From contig JAQGDQ010000077.1 of the NCBI GenBank assembly GCA_030141605.1, forward strand, positions 558,001 to 622,000: a DNA stretch of 64,000 nucleotides. Reading direction: 5' to 3'. The DNA comes from Tubiluchus corallicola (Eukaryota > Animalia > Priapulida). The notes below the pieces were generated by a model. The model was not told the DNA's origin and ran no database searches. It was given only the letters and a program-made list of their open reading frames with translations. A program made the position numbers and the translations under genes. Positions 1 through 12,900 of the stretch are shown here, piece after piece (the stretch's first letter is position 1; the number at the start of each line of letters is the position of its first letter).

Positions 1-1156
1 TGCTCTTTATCGACTGTATACTACTTTTTAATGATATTTTGCAAATATTGTACAAAACTGAGCCAATTTGCTTGATTCTAGTTCTCTTAAATCTCCTGTT
101 AACTCTTATAAGATGTGGCAGCCTTGTGAGTTTTTGACATATAATAAAAGACACTTAAGTATATTTTACCTAGCTTATAACTCTTTCTGTGATTTCTAAA
201 ATTACGACTTAATGTTGTGCACAGTAGTACCATAATTTAATGTCACATTTTTCTTTCTGAAGTTTAATTTGGTAATGCTGGTTTTTAACATAAGCTAGCA
301 AAACTTTCCATTTAGAATAGACCTTCATAGCTGTCCTATCCTATATCTGCTTGGTACTTATACGTTGATGTAAACGGTGTAACATAAAAGGATTTTAATT
401 AAGTGAAGTGAAGTTAACAGAAAGATGCAAAAGTATTAATTTTGAACTCCTGATTTATTATTTTTGTAAATGTTTCTATCCAATGTTTAACTTAAAATTA
501 CATAATTACATAACTGTATAGAACAAGACTATAAATCATGAAGTACACAAGTGTTATAAACATTTTTACGTGGTACATTATGTAAAAATATTAAATGTAA
601 AGAAACGGGAAAGTATATTGAAGGATTTTTCATGTAATTGCAGAAACTTGGGTGTCTGCATAATAAAATCTATTTATTATGTTGGTATAATGTTATACAC
701 TCTGCTGGTCGTCATTGGTCATTATATTTCACAAGGTAGCATGCATTAAAAAAATTATAGACTTAACTTTTTAATAAACGTAAATCAGTGCCCTTGCATA
801 TACCTACAATAACTACATGTCCCACTTGTTTTTACAGCTAGATAAGTCACCATAGCAAACACTCTTAATATTAATAATAAATATGTAGCTGGTTAGTGTT
901 GTCACTCAATTAAAACATTTTCATTACTTAAGAATCATCTGCATATTCTACTTGCAAAAAAAATTTCTTATACTATTCTGATGTGTTTGATTCTCATTAT
1001 TTACATGTGTCACCAAAAATAATACTAAGAACTACTTATTTATAAATTTAATGAAAATAACTGACATTGTATGGTTTAAGAAAATATATTTTGCACTTAT
1101 GTGGTATTGTGAAAAATGATCAAATCTCTATACTTAATTAAAATAGATATTAGCTG

Positions 1157-1336
1157 TCAGTTGAGGCATGATTCACATCTGACTAATCCATTATCGTCGC
1201 ACATGGTGCATCTTAAAGCTTGAAACTCCTCTGTAAAGTGATTCCTGTGCATAGATTTTTTGCTGCCATTGCAAGCGAAGCAAGGGAGGAAACCAAATCC
1301 TCCACACTGATCACAGGAGGTTGTAGCTACAACTTT
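1157..1336 (-). CDS. GRXCR1: GRXCR1-like coding exon 5 (four CxxC cysteine-rich domain, stop)
   Basis: tttcag acceptor; KVVATTSCDQCGGFGFLPCFACNGSKKS...LRCTMCDDNGLVRCESCLN*, typical GRXCR C-terminus. Confidence 0.93.
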   Translation of the reverse strand, partial: KVVATTSCDQCGGFGFLPCFACNGSKKSMHRNHFTEEFQALRCTMCDDNGLVRCESCLN

Positions 1337-2016
1337 CTGAAATGCAAAGAAAAGCAAATGCAGTATTTGCTTACACAACAAAGGCAAGTGGTCCAGTGCA
1401 TTCATTGTGGCGTCAGTGAGTGCTTTATTGATTTACCATGAGCATATGATTTAACCATTTCGTTTACAGTGCCAAAGTCAAGGTATATAATGGTGGGAAT
1501 GTTTTTTCAGTTGCGTAAGCAATTTCTCAAAAACGCACTGCAATCCTAGTTTTTGATTCAGAAAGTAATCCTGTTCAATGAAATGCAAGTGCAGTCATTA
1601 GGCCTTTAGTTTTCCTACTAAGAGTCAGGTGACTTCCTTGTAGTGAGTGTTACAAAAAAGCGAAAATTGGTACGTAAAATGTTGTAAAAACATGGAGTAA
1701 GTAAATTGCACTAAAGAAATTTAAAATTTCTTTCAGTAATAGAAGAATCAGCAGATTCCTTTATTCCCATTTTAACCAGAAGGTGGCGCCACAAGTTCAA
1801 AGTCTTTATGTATGAACTACATGTATGTACAATGTCTTGATATATAAACTAGTACATATACATTGTTACACGTTTCATCCTATGGACTGGGGTGCACATT
1901 TCTACCGGTTTATCATCATTCTGTTTGGTTTGTATTTAAATGAACTGTAGACGACATAAAGCAATGTAAGTTGGTTTTAATTCCTTTACATAAGGAACTT
2001 TCGTTATTCAATTTAC

Positions 2017-2082
2017 CTGGAAATCTTTGAGCATATGACGAAGAATACCAGCTTCATTAAGTTCTTGTACCTTCTCAGCATC
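2017..2082 (-). CDS. GRXCR1: GRXCR1-like coding exon 4
   Basis: tcttgcag|...|gtaaat; DAEKVQELNEAGILRHMLKDFQ continues the glutaredoxin fold in frame from exon 3. Confidence 0.9.
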
Positions 2083-2504
2083 CTGCAAGAGAAAAAATCA
2101 AAGATACGGGTACTGTATAAATTTTATATTAATACAATATGCAAGCCCTTAGCGGTAGCATGTTAGCTATCCTTGGATGGGTGCACGTAAATAATTCATC
2201 CTATGTATGTATAACACCAAATTTTCAGTCGGGCGGAAGTAAGCTTATATGCCTTTCTATCTTATTTTTTATTCATCATTTTAACTTCTCGCTATTTCTT
2301 TCATTCTCGTGTAAGACCAGCTTTGCAATTAACGCTGTACCGTGTACAAAGTGCTCCAACGTATGAAACACAAAAAACCAGTTTCATGTCAGATGAGTTC
2401 TACATTTATACGTCAGCGCTATATATATGTCGCTATATAGATTGTACGTAGCCTGTGTATTTTTAACGTAGATTTAGCGTAGAGTTTTAGTGTAACTTCT
2501 GCGA

Positions 2505-2702
2505 TAGAATTAACGTAGCTATTCTACATAAACTCTGGGTAGAATTAATGTAGCTATTCTATATACACTCTGGGTAGAATTAACGTAGCTATTCTACATA
2601 AACTCTGGGTAGAATTAACGTAGCTATTCTACATAAACTCTGGGTAGAATTAACGTAGCTGTTCGACATAAATCCTACAGTAGAATTAACATATCTATTC
2701 TG
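2505..2702. repeat. 35-bp minisatellite, ~6 copies
   Basis: Unit TAGAATTAACGTAGCTATTCTACATAAACTCTGGG starting at 2505, 2540, 2575, 2610, 2645, ~2681. Confidence 0.95.
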
Positions 2703-5700
2703 CTATTGGTTTTCTTTTCCAGATATATTCGTAAGATTTATAGAAGACGACAATCAAACACATTTACAATTTAAATTAACATCTATTACTTTATTACTGC
2801 CAATAGTATACATATTTACCAAATTTACAGATGAAAGTTATCACAAAAAAAATCACAATGATTATATACTGCTCGCAAAAAATCTTGTCTGGTTAAATGA
2901 ATCACGATAAGATTGACGATGACGAACCCCGAAACAATGAAGCTGTATATCTATTTTCTATATATATATATTCTATATATATATGCTTTTATATACTTCT
3001 ATATATTTTTACTTGGTGGTTCGTTTCATTTTTATTATTAAACCTGTTTTTTCTGGTTAATGCTAAAATTTGACGAGCATTAAATAACGGTAAATTTAAG
3101 GTGTATGTTTCTTTAAGCCTCTTAGCCTACACGATCACAGTTGGCTGATAAATAATGCAAACTGCCAACATCTTTCCTCTTCTATTCCCTCTCCCAGCGA
3201 AAAGACAAAATTCATTAAGATAATGTAGGGTTGTTGTTGTTGGTGCCTCAGTCGGTGTTTGGGGAATAAGTTCATGCTAAAGGTAAGGTACGGTAGCAGG
3301 CTATTCTGTTCACTGTTCAGGGGGAAAAATTATACAGTTAATGCAAATATACGTGTATGTAATAAATGGAACTCAAGAGAACCTGCTAATAATAATAATT
3401 ATTGCTATGTAAACTAGTGTCTGCCATTGCAACAAAAGTAGCCCGAACGCACATAGTTTGTCTACCCGTGATATCATGTGCAGAGATTTATAGCAATGGT
3501 AGCGACAGTGTTAATTTTTATGCATTTATATACACTGAGAGCCAGTATTCAGCACTTAGCGGCAGTATTCAGTCCCAGCTAGGGCTCTTAAAAGTGAGTG
3601 GACTTTACTTCTAATTCCAGTGACAGAAGTCACAGAAACCATTACTAAACATACGTAAAGAATAGTGCTTTACTTTTGCGAGAAGTGAAACAACTTCTCG
3701 CTTCCACAAATGCACAGACTCCCTGTGCATTTATTGCAGGGTGCTCCAGCCCACAAAAATCATGAGATATTCTACATTTTTAAGTATTCCGTTCAAGCCT
3801 ATTACTAACTTGAATGGCAGAACTGAAACCTGAAGTAGGCAATTATCAAACTTAATCTGCTAGTTTATATCACAGTCTGACATCAATGATAAGAGTCTTA
3901 GACATAGTCAGACATAAATGCAGGAAGCAGTATGATACATTTTTCCTAATCAAGCAGCTACCATAACCTCTCAGCTATTCACTCGCTCTCTGAAATTATA
4001 TTTATTAATCGTATTAGTTACTGTACAGATAGCTAATTGCAATTGCAAAATTTTTCCGAATTACTTATTAGCTAACACGTTGTTATTAAAATTTTATAAG
4101 AACGTGAGATGGCATTTACTGTATTTCTGACGCCGAGGCCGAGCTTCCAAATCGCAGGTGCTGGCAGCCTCCACATGGCAATCGTTGACCCTAACCAAGC
4201 CATAGATATCAAGTCTCTGTAAAGCAAAATGGCACATCTCGCGCAACATAGCAAGGCAGCAAGTTTGCATTACACGCAAGCAGTGAATGCTGAATCTGAA
4301 CCAGAGCGTGTCGAACATCAACAGTTACTGGTCGATGTTTATCAATGTTGTGTGTTAAAACGTGCTCAAAACAAAATTGTCGAGTCATTTGTAGTAAAAA
4401 GTTACCGAAAACTGTAACGTGTAATTTTTATCGACATCATTCTCTGGTGAGTATTTAAAACACGTTTTATTCCATGGACATGACGTTATTACTAGTAGTA
4501 TTAGTATTACACATACACTCACACTAAGCGGGGCTAGTACTGTTACTTATACAGGGTGGTACATGATCTTTTAATAGGGATATACAAAAAACATAATAGC
4601 ACAGAACATTCCATCAAAGTATCGCGCATACTACAGATTTATCATGCCCTCAAGATTTGGTCATAAGCTTTGTATGGTCGCACAACCTGCAATCTTGAAG
4701 GGTATGATTAAAGCAGTGACTCAAAGAACTATTGTAATAATCTGAGTCATTGAAATTCAACAGATGCTTGACCGTCTGCTGTTAAAAATAATGTGAAGTA
4801 ATTCAAGGTGCAGTTGTAGAGTGTACTGTAGATGCATAACAATCAGTGTAGTAAGCGCAGCAGTAGCCAACTTGACACAGACAGACGTGCTGCTAGCAAC
4901 CAAAGCGAAGTACTATATCTTTGCCTAAAAACTTGTGAAATGGATAGTAATAAATGTAACTTAGAAAGTACACCAATGTGTTTAAAATAAATCAAAAATA
5001 CTGAAATATTTTGACATATTGTAGTGATTTAACATGCAAACATTACATAAGTGCGAAAGTCAAACAGTTTGAGGAGTTGCTTTAGCATTTATTATCAATA
5101 CCTTCATCTAGTTTGTTATATAACCTACAATCGTTAACTCAGGTGTATCTTGATAAGTATCATATTGCGGAATTAGTATTTAGATTTATTAAGTATCTTA
5201 CAAACAAGCAAACTGACTAACTTACTGACATAATATTCAATTTGGCAAACTTTCTGACTAATGGGTTGACTCCTGTTACACTCACAGGCTACTGATCTAT
5301 TCAGCTGTTCACTTAATTGACAGTTTAATTTAAAACTGACAAAAACATCTGAAAGGCCTAAGACTTGCTGTCTTTCTGTTTGACTCGTAGATCTATTGAA
5401 CATGTATATAGCTGTCTGTGGGTACAGACTGACACCACTAGTAGCTCATTCTCGCTGCCTGACTAACTGGCAGAGTGTACCAGTAACTAATTCAGTGACC
5501 AACATATTGAATAACTCACTGAGTTACTCAATGACTAACTATTTCACTGACTATTTTTTAGCAGGGTGGGACATGGTTCACCCTGGGTCGTAAAAAGGCC
5601 TCCGAGTTTAGAATGCTTAAATTGCTAAATTACTCACGAAGGCAGCCTAAAATGGTACTCTATGCAAAAATGTATAAAGTGTTTACTTGGTAAACAGTAC

Positions 5701-5753
5701 GTATCATGACAGCAGTATTTTACGTCAAGTTTCTATGTTTTGCACATTTTCAG

Positions 5754-5819
5754 GTGCAGAAGCTTCAGTTGGAACAAAGAATTCATGAAATTATATATCT
5801 GTTAAACAACACGTGTTAA
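5754..5819 (+). other. Probable non-coding 5'UTR exon of the TDRD12-like gene
   Basis: ttttcag acceptor before 5754 and gtgagt donor at 5820; a further upstream donor CTG|gtgagt at 4447 after a CpG-richer patch (~4120-4440); acceptor ttgcag at 6901-6906 lies 20 nt before the ATG. Confidence 0.55.
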
Positions 5820-6926
5820 GTGAGTATATCCTCCTAGTATCATTATTGAATTAAAATTACTTTATGTGCAGTATCAATATAATAATGTGCTATACATTAG
5901 TATCTGAATGAAATCAAGTGTAAATACACTATTAATAATGAACATGTAATTTGCTACTAGTGGTATCAGTGCATTTTCTGATGTTCTCATCATTTTTAAA
6001 GCTTCTATATTTTATTTTACATTTGTATAAGTTAATGAATAAGTATAACCATTTGTTCGCAAACTTATGAATGTAATTAAGTACCTGTTCACATAACTCA
6101 GACGCACTTGTGGCAGGTAAATCACTGAATGTTCCCATCTCTGTACTGTACTGAATTATTGAAGTAATAGTGCAAAATGAAGAAAAACACATGCTGTGTT
6201 CTTGATTTTATTCATAAGAGTGAAATGAACAGCTTTGATTAGTGCTAAAAGTGAGGGGTTTCACTTGCTTCTGGGCTTTCATGTTCTACACTGTATTTAG
6301 CTGCTTTTCTCACTGAGTTAGGATGTATTCATATCCTAAGTTGGCTAAAAACCTAAAATAACCTCTGCTAGTTCACTATCCCTCTTATTAGATTATTATC
6401 TTTCCCAATAAAGTACGCATTATTCCTACTATCAACATAACAAGTCCCTGGCACTGAACTGTATTACAGTGGGAAGAACTGTATCAGAAAAAATAATAAT
6501 GGTAGAGCATGCCAATAATGCCAAAGATACATAATATTACAACAGCTAAACTGCTGGGTTTTTAAGACAGCATAAGAAGCAAAAGTAGAGGTTAAATGTA
6601 GGCTAAAAGGTGAAAGTCGAAAAGAAATTCGAAAACATTCATTTTTTCATTGAGGAACGTATATAGCTATAGCTTATAAATGTATTTTTAATTACCGTTT
6701 TCAAAAATGTAATATGCTTGTTGTGATGTGTGTATGACATGAAGCTTCACCATTTAGAATGATTAGAATCATTTTAAATGCTTGTTTTTTGCCAGATCCT
6801 CCCAAAAAATTGTCATAAAAATTGTCTTTTTTGTACTACTACAAAACGCTGATGCTACAACTTTTAGTAATTTGTAATAACGGACTTTTCTCTTGACTTA
6901 TTGCAGGTGGATATTGCAGTGGCAAC

Positions 6927-9900
6927 ATGACATCTCTTCAAATGACTGAAATGATTAATGTGACTATATTAGAAGTTCAAAGCCCAGTTCATTACATTGT
7001 ACAAGAAATACCTTCTGTAGGTGATACACATTCGGAAGCAGCAAAGTTTAAGGAGCTACGAAATCAAATGGACTTGTTCTATAAACACTCTGCTCGTAAG
7101 CTAGTTGATCCAAAAAATGGCCAGTATTGTGTCTTTCCTTGGAGAAATAAAGGATATGTTAGAGCAAAAATTGAAGAAATTTTCCGTCGCAGGAGTGGGT
7201 ACCATGCTAACTGCATACTGCTAGATTTTTCTAATGTGGTTGGTAAATCTGTGAACGACCTTTATGAAGCAGAAGATGAGTACTTTCAGTTTCCATTTCA
7301 GGCCAAGCATTTCGAACTTTATGGTATTCAGCCGTTAACTTTAACCATTGACTATGACAATGATCTAAAAGCTGAAAAGAGGCCCACTTTAGGGTGGGAT
7401 GAAGCCGCACTTAAAGCTGTATGCTCTAGAGTTGAAGAAGCTGGCGGTTATAAAATTGTTGTGCAACACAGAGACTGCAATGACGTCTTATATGGTAATC
7501 TTTACCTCAGCATCAATCACAAGTGTTACTGTATCAATGACTGGCTGGTAGAACATGAATATGGGTTTAGAACTGTTCTCGGCAGGCTTCCTAACGCATC
7601 ACCACCAACATCCCTTGTTATTGACAGAGGTGAACCAATGCCAAAGCCAGAAATACTAAATTCAGAAAACACGTGCAATACAAAATTTGCATGTGAAGAT
7701 GAAGCAGAAAGCATTGACAACAGTGGTAACAAATCATTACCATCATCATTATGCTCTGCATTAAGTGCCAAGTCCACAAACACTAATTACAAATTTCCAG
7801 TAGGGCGTGGCTCTGCATTGCAGCACAAAAAGGTAAAAGAAACTGTTGGAAGCAGTAATACTTCACATGTACCATTTCAGCATTCAGTGGTGAGCACTCA
7901 GCTGGAAAACAATCAGAGCAGTATTAGTGATATTTCATATCAATATTCTCAATGCTTAGCTTTGAAAAATAAACAGGCAAACATCCGTGATGTCAAGTCA
8001 GACTACAAATTTGCCAATTATAAATCTCCAGTCGGGCGCGGTACTGCGTTAAAGCAGTTATTGTCACCTGCATCAAAGCATGCTTGTCATATTGCTCCGT
8101 TAGTATGTAAAACGGAGGCATTTAAGCACCCAAGTGGAAATGCTTTTGGAACAAGTGTTAGTTCAGATAATCGAGTGCTTCGTCATCTAGCAATGTACGA
8201 AAGGGCTGACAGTGTAGCTGAAGTAACTAATGTGCAACTTAAACAGCCGAATTTAACAGTTTTCGTAAGAAACAAAACAAAGTCCTCTGGCAGTTTGAAC
8301 TCAGATAGTAGAGTATCTTGTGTTACAGCAGTAAGTGAAACAAAACATGTCAATCAATCTGCTATTATGAAGCCCGATGACAGCATTATTTCTCAGGTGC
8401 CACAGTTTGGCAATTTTGACACAACTCAACTTCCACCACTTGTGAAATTTAATGATATGCCTTTGCACAATATTCATAAAGATAGCTTGCAGCTTTCTCC
8501 ATCAGAGAAATTTCGTACTGGGCAGACAGCTGCCAGTCCACTCTCAAGTCCTGCTTTACCTGCCACAAGCCACAATCAGGAGGATGACACTTTGCCAGAT
8601 GCCAAATGCCAGACATTAACTGTGAAAGGTCAGCATTCGCTTAATCTGCCATCAGATGAAGTTGGCAGCCATCAGATGAATATTGTTCCACAAATTAAAT
8701 TCAAATTTCAGCACACACAAGACGAAATTAGCAGTCAGCAGCAATGTGTCACTTCAGCTGATGAGCCTACCAAAGAGCTTTCTTCTATCTCCCCATCCTG
8801 TAATTTTTCAAGTTGCCACTCATATACTACTGCCTTAGACAAGTGTAGCAGTACGAAGCCACTTTTCATTCCAGCAGATGATTTTAGTAGTGATCATCCA
8901 AGTTTTTCATCTCAATGTAATTCTGGTTGTCATGACTTGGTTGTCTCTCCACCTGATAATAGCCAGCAGCCACATGTCACCTCAGCAGACGATTGCAGTA
9001 GTAATCAACTGCATTTAACACCACCAGAAGTTAATATTGAGCAGTCTTGCATAACTTCTCTACAAGATCATAGTCATCATGATTCCTACATTCCCCCACC
9101 TTCTGATTTCAGCAGTCAGCAGCCGCTTTCCACTCCTAGTAACCACATAACCAGTCAAGTTCCATATATTCCACCACAAAATGATTTTAGTATTGACCAG
9201 CCACATATAGTTTTATCAGATGAACTTAGTAGCCTGCAGCCATGTGCCTCTCCACTGTCTGAGTTTGCTTTGCTCCAGACAGTTATTCCACCACCAGAAG
9301 AATTTAGTGACTTGCAAACTCAGGTGGTACTCCTAGACAGCATTTTAAACATTGACCCACCAATCGAATTTGATGATTGTGAGAGCAAAGCTTCGGCTAG
9401 TGATGCAAGTGAGAGTGGGAATGAAATTGGATTAAACAAGGACTCTTTTTCACTGAACATTATGCCAGGTTTCAGTCATGTACAAGCATGTGAAAGTGGT
9501 ACCTTAGTTGAATATAGAAGTAAAACAAGTGCAACTCGAACCGAAACAGAAGTTGAAAGTCAGAATAAATATGTACTCAAAGGTCGTTTACCCAAACATG
9601 TAAATGTTTCAAAGGAAAGTAAGGAATTACAAGATATGGGAGGACAATATCAGTTTTTCTCTGAGGCTGTTAGAGCAGATATAGACAAATGTGGCGTATT
9701 TGTACGTGGAAGAGAACTTGTTAAACCCATCTGGAGCCTGGAGTTATCTCCAATTAATGAAGTGATTAAAAGCAAACTCTCAGACTTGGGTTTTAAAAGA
9801 CCAAAACCTGTGCAGGCATTTTCCTGGCCACACATCTTTCGATGCTGCAACAGAATTGTTGCCATATCATCCCCAGGAACAGGAAAAACACTTGCCTTTT

Positions 9901-12900
9901 TACTGCCTATTATGACCAAAATTCTCCAGCCAGATTTATTTAAAGATATACCTCTTGGGCGTGGGCCTTTAGCTTTAGTGCTATGCTCATCTTGGAAAAG
10001 AGCAGTGGGAGTTTATGATCAGTTGAGGGAACTGTGGCCTGTAGATTCAGAGGAAATGAAGACTGTTGTCATCCATGCTGGTGGGCAAGAGAAAAAGGAG
10101 CAAGAAGTTCAGCTTTTAAATGGCTGCAAAATGCTTATTGCAACACCCCACTGTTTAATACGCATGTTAGAGGCAAAGATAACTGATCTTGAAAGGCTTT
10201 GCTACTTTGTTCTAGACAACATTGATATTTTGGCTGAACAGTTTGTAGAACTTTTACGAAAGCTGATGACAGAATTTGGTAAAGTGTTGGAATGCAGAGC
10301 AACTACAAAAATAGGCAAAGGCTTTACTACAGTACCAACTCAAATAATTGCATGTGGTGCCCAGTGGAGCAGGGGTGTTAGGTCATTTGTGGAAAGCTAC
10401 ATGAATCTCGACATGGTTATAATCATCAGCTCGAAAATTGAAGCAGCCGTCTATGCAGCTGTCAGGCAGGATGTAAAAGTTGTAAGTAAGGCTGGTCTTT
10501 CACTTGCCTTATCTAGTGCTATAAAAAGTCTTGATCCGTCCATCCGCAAAGTTCTTTTGTTTGTAGCAGATGAGGGAGAAGAAACGTCGAACAAGGACAT
10601 AGAAAAAGTCGATTCCTTAGCTTCGTTTACTGTTGCACATGTAAGAAAAACGGATGAAGTTGTCATCTTTAATGATAGTATGGACAACCTTGAAATCCGT
10701 GATAACCGAGAAAAGTGGTTCAAAGGCTGTTCATCTCCAACAGGCCGAATGTTCATGGTGACTCATGATAAATGTTTTGATAAACTGGGTGTAACTGATG
10801 CTGATTGTGTCATACATTGGGATTTACCCAAACGTCTGAAGAACATTTTTGGAAATAGGCTGCAGTGTATGGAAGACCACTACCCTGGGTTTGAGGGTTG
10901 TGTTGATAAAAAGCAATTGAATGTGCACATTAATGCCCAAAAATGCATGCAAGAACTACGTTGCTTATCAATTGTTTTCATCACGGAAGAATGCGAACAA
11001 CAAGGCAAATTTTTTCTTTGTTTATTGGAAAGACTGCAGCAGGTGGTTCCTGCCGAATTGCGCCTGTTTGTAGAAACAACTGAGAAAAATCAAGAAGCGA
11101 GCAAGGATCAGAGAGAACTTTGTAGCTACCTAAAAGCATATGGAAAATGCCAAGACTCTCTTCATTGCAAGTGTAGACATCAGCTATATGAGTCGCTAGA
11201 CAAACCTGGAGTGTTCTCTTCTTATATTGCTCTGCCTACATCAGGAGAAGTAAAAGTATTAATCACACACATTGAAGATGCTTCCAGATATTATGGACGG
11301 CTACTAGAACATCGCAGTAAGAACAATATTATTAAGAAAATCCCGTCCCAGTATCAGCAGTTGAGTTTTGATTTGCAGTTGCATTATGTTGTAGATACTC
11401 GGTGCACACCACATTCTGAGCCACAAATAGGTGACTTGTGTATTTCTAAAGATAACAATGGCATTGCTAAGCGTGTTAAAGTTGTTGCATTTGCTAAGGA
11501 CTCAAAAAGTTGTGTGGTGCACTATGTAGATGAGGGCATGTTCAGTGAGGTTAAGGCAAACGGGTTGCTAACTATGCATGATAAATTTAAACTGGTGCCA
11601 TTCCAAGTAGTTGAAATCTATCTAGCTAATATAAAGCCTACTGATGATGACATAGACTGGCCTCCAGCTGCTCAAGAAAAAGCATTAACATTGGTGAAGG
11701 GACAGCACCTTGATGGGAAAATTCTTCTATCATTAGGCAATATTCTGTGGCTCAATCCTTTGGTAAAACGAACTTACCTATCCGACATTAAGACTTATAT
11801 TAATGATTATAATGTATGTTCACAGTTATTGAGATCTGGGCTTTGTGTTCAAAACAATGACCATATCACATTGTTACGCAATATATGCAAAGGTGTTATT
11901 GCTCTGCCTGAGCAGCATGTTACCAACAGCGAGCTCTCGCTACCAGAATCTGTTGCTGAATTACCTGTTAATGAGTGTATTGCAGTGTATGTGTCAGCTG
12001 TACATGCTCCTGACCACATTTTCATACAAAAAGCTGACACTGCAGATGAATTGAATTCTCTTATGCAAAAAATGAATACAGAAGAAATCAATTCTCGCCA
12101 AAGAATTTTAAATGTAGCTGAAGGCCTGTTATGCTTAGCTGTAATGCCAACTGAAAATCAGTGGAATCGTGGACGCATTATAAATATTTCTAAAGCAGAA
12201 AATGGCGTGCAAGAAGTTGAGGTATTTTATGTGGATTACGGTGACACAGAATTCGTCGCTATTGATGATCTGCGGCCAATTACTCCTGCAGAATTGGAAT
12301 TGCCATTTCAAGCCATTGAATGTGCATTGGCAGACATTTTGCCAGTTGATGGTGGCGAGTGGACTGAAGCCAGTTCTAATGCTCTATGGGAATCAACTTT
12401 GAATGAAAATGGAACTAAAATGCTCTTGACAGCAGTAGCCACTAACTGCTCAAGTGACATCAGTCAGTTTACTAAACAACCAATTTACAACGTACAACTG
12501 AGCAACAATATGCGTACTGATGGCATTGTTTTTAATCATCATCTGATATCGCTGGGCCATGCAATTCCCAGCAACAGTTTACTGCAGAAATTGTTTCCAG
12601 TTTCTGCACAGCACTTAATTTTGTCATTACTAAAAAGTAATGACATTAGTGTTAAGATAAAATTAGCCAATGACATTAAAAAAGCTTTTGATCACAATCC
12701 ATCTCAACAAGAATGCGTGCAAGTTTTTTGCAGGCTATTCAAATTTTGCAGTGAAGAACAGCTGCATTGTTTTCTTCTTCAAACATTATGTGACTTAATT
12801 ACTGAAAAATTTGTAAGCTGTGAAATTTTCATGCAGGAAAAATTTGTAAGATCAATGAGCACATTTCTGGCTCAAGCAAGAAATTCGGAATCAATAGAAT

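Noticed and set aside
2505-2702. CRISPR-like palindromic 35-bp repeats
   Set aside because: Units are contiguous with no unique spacers, there are no cas genes, and the context is eukaryotic
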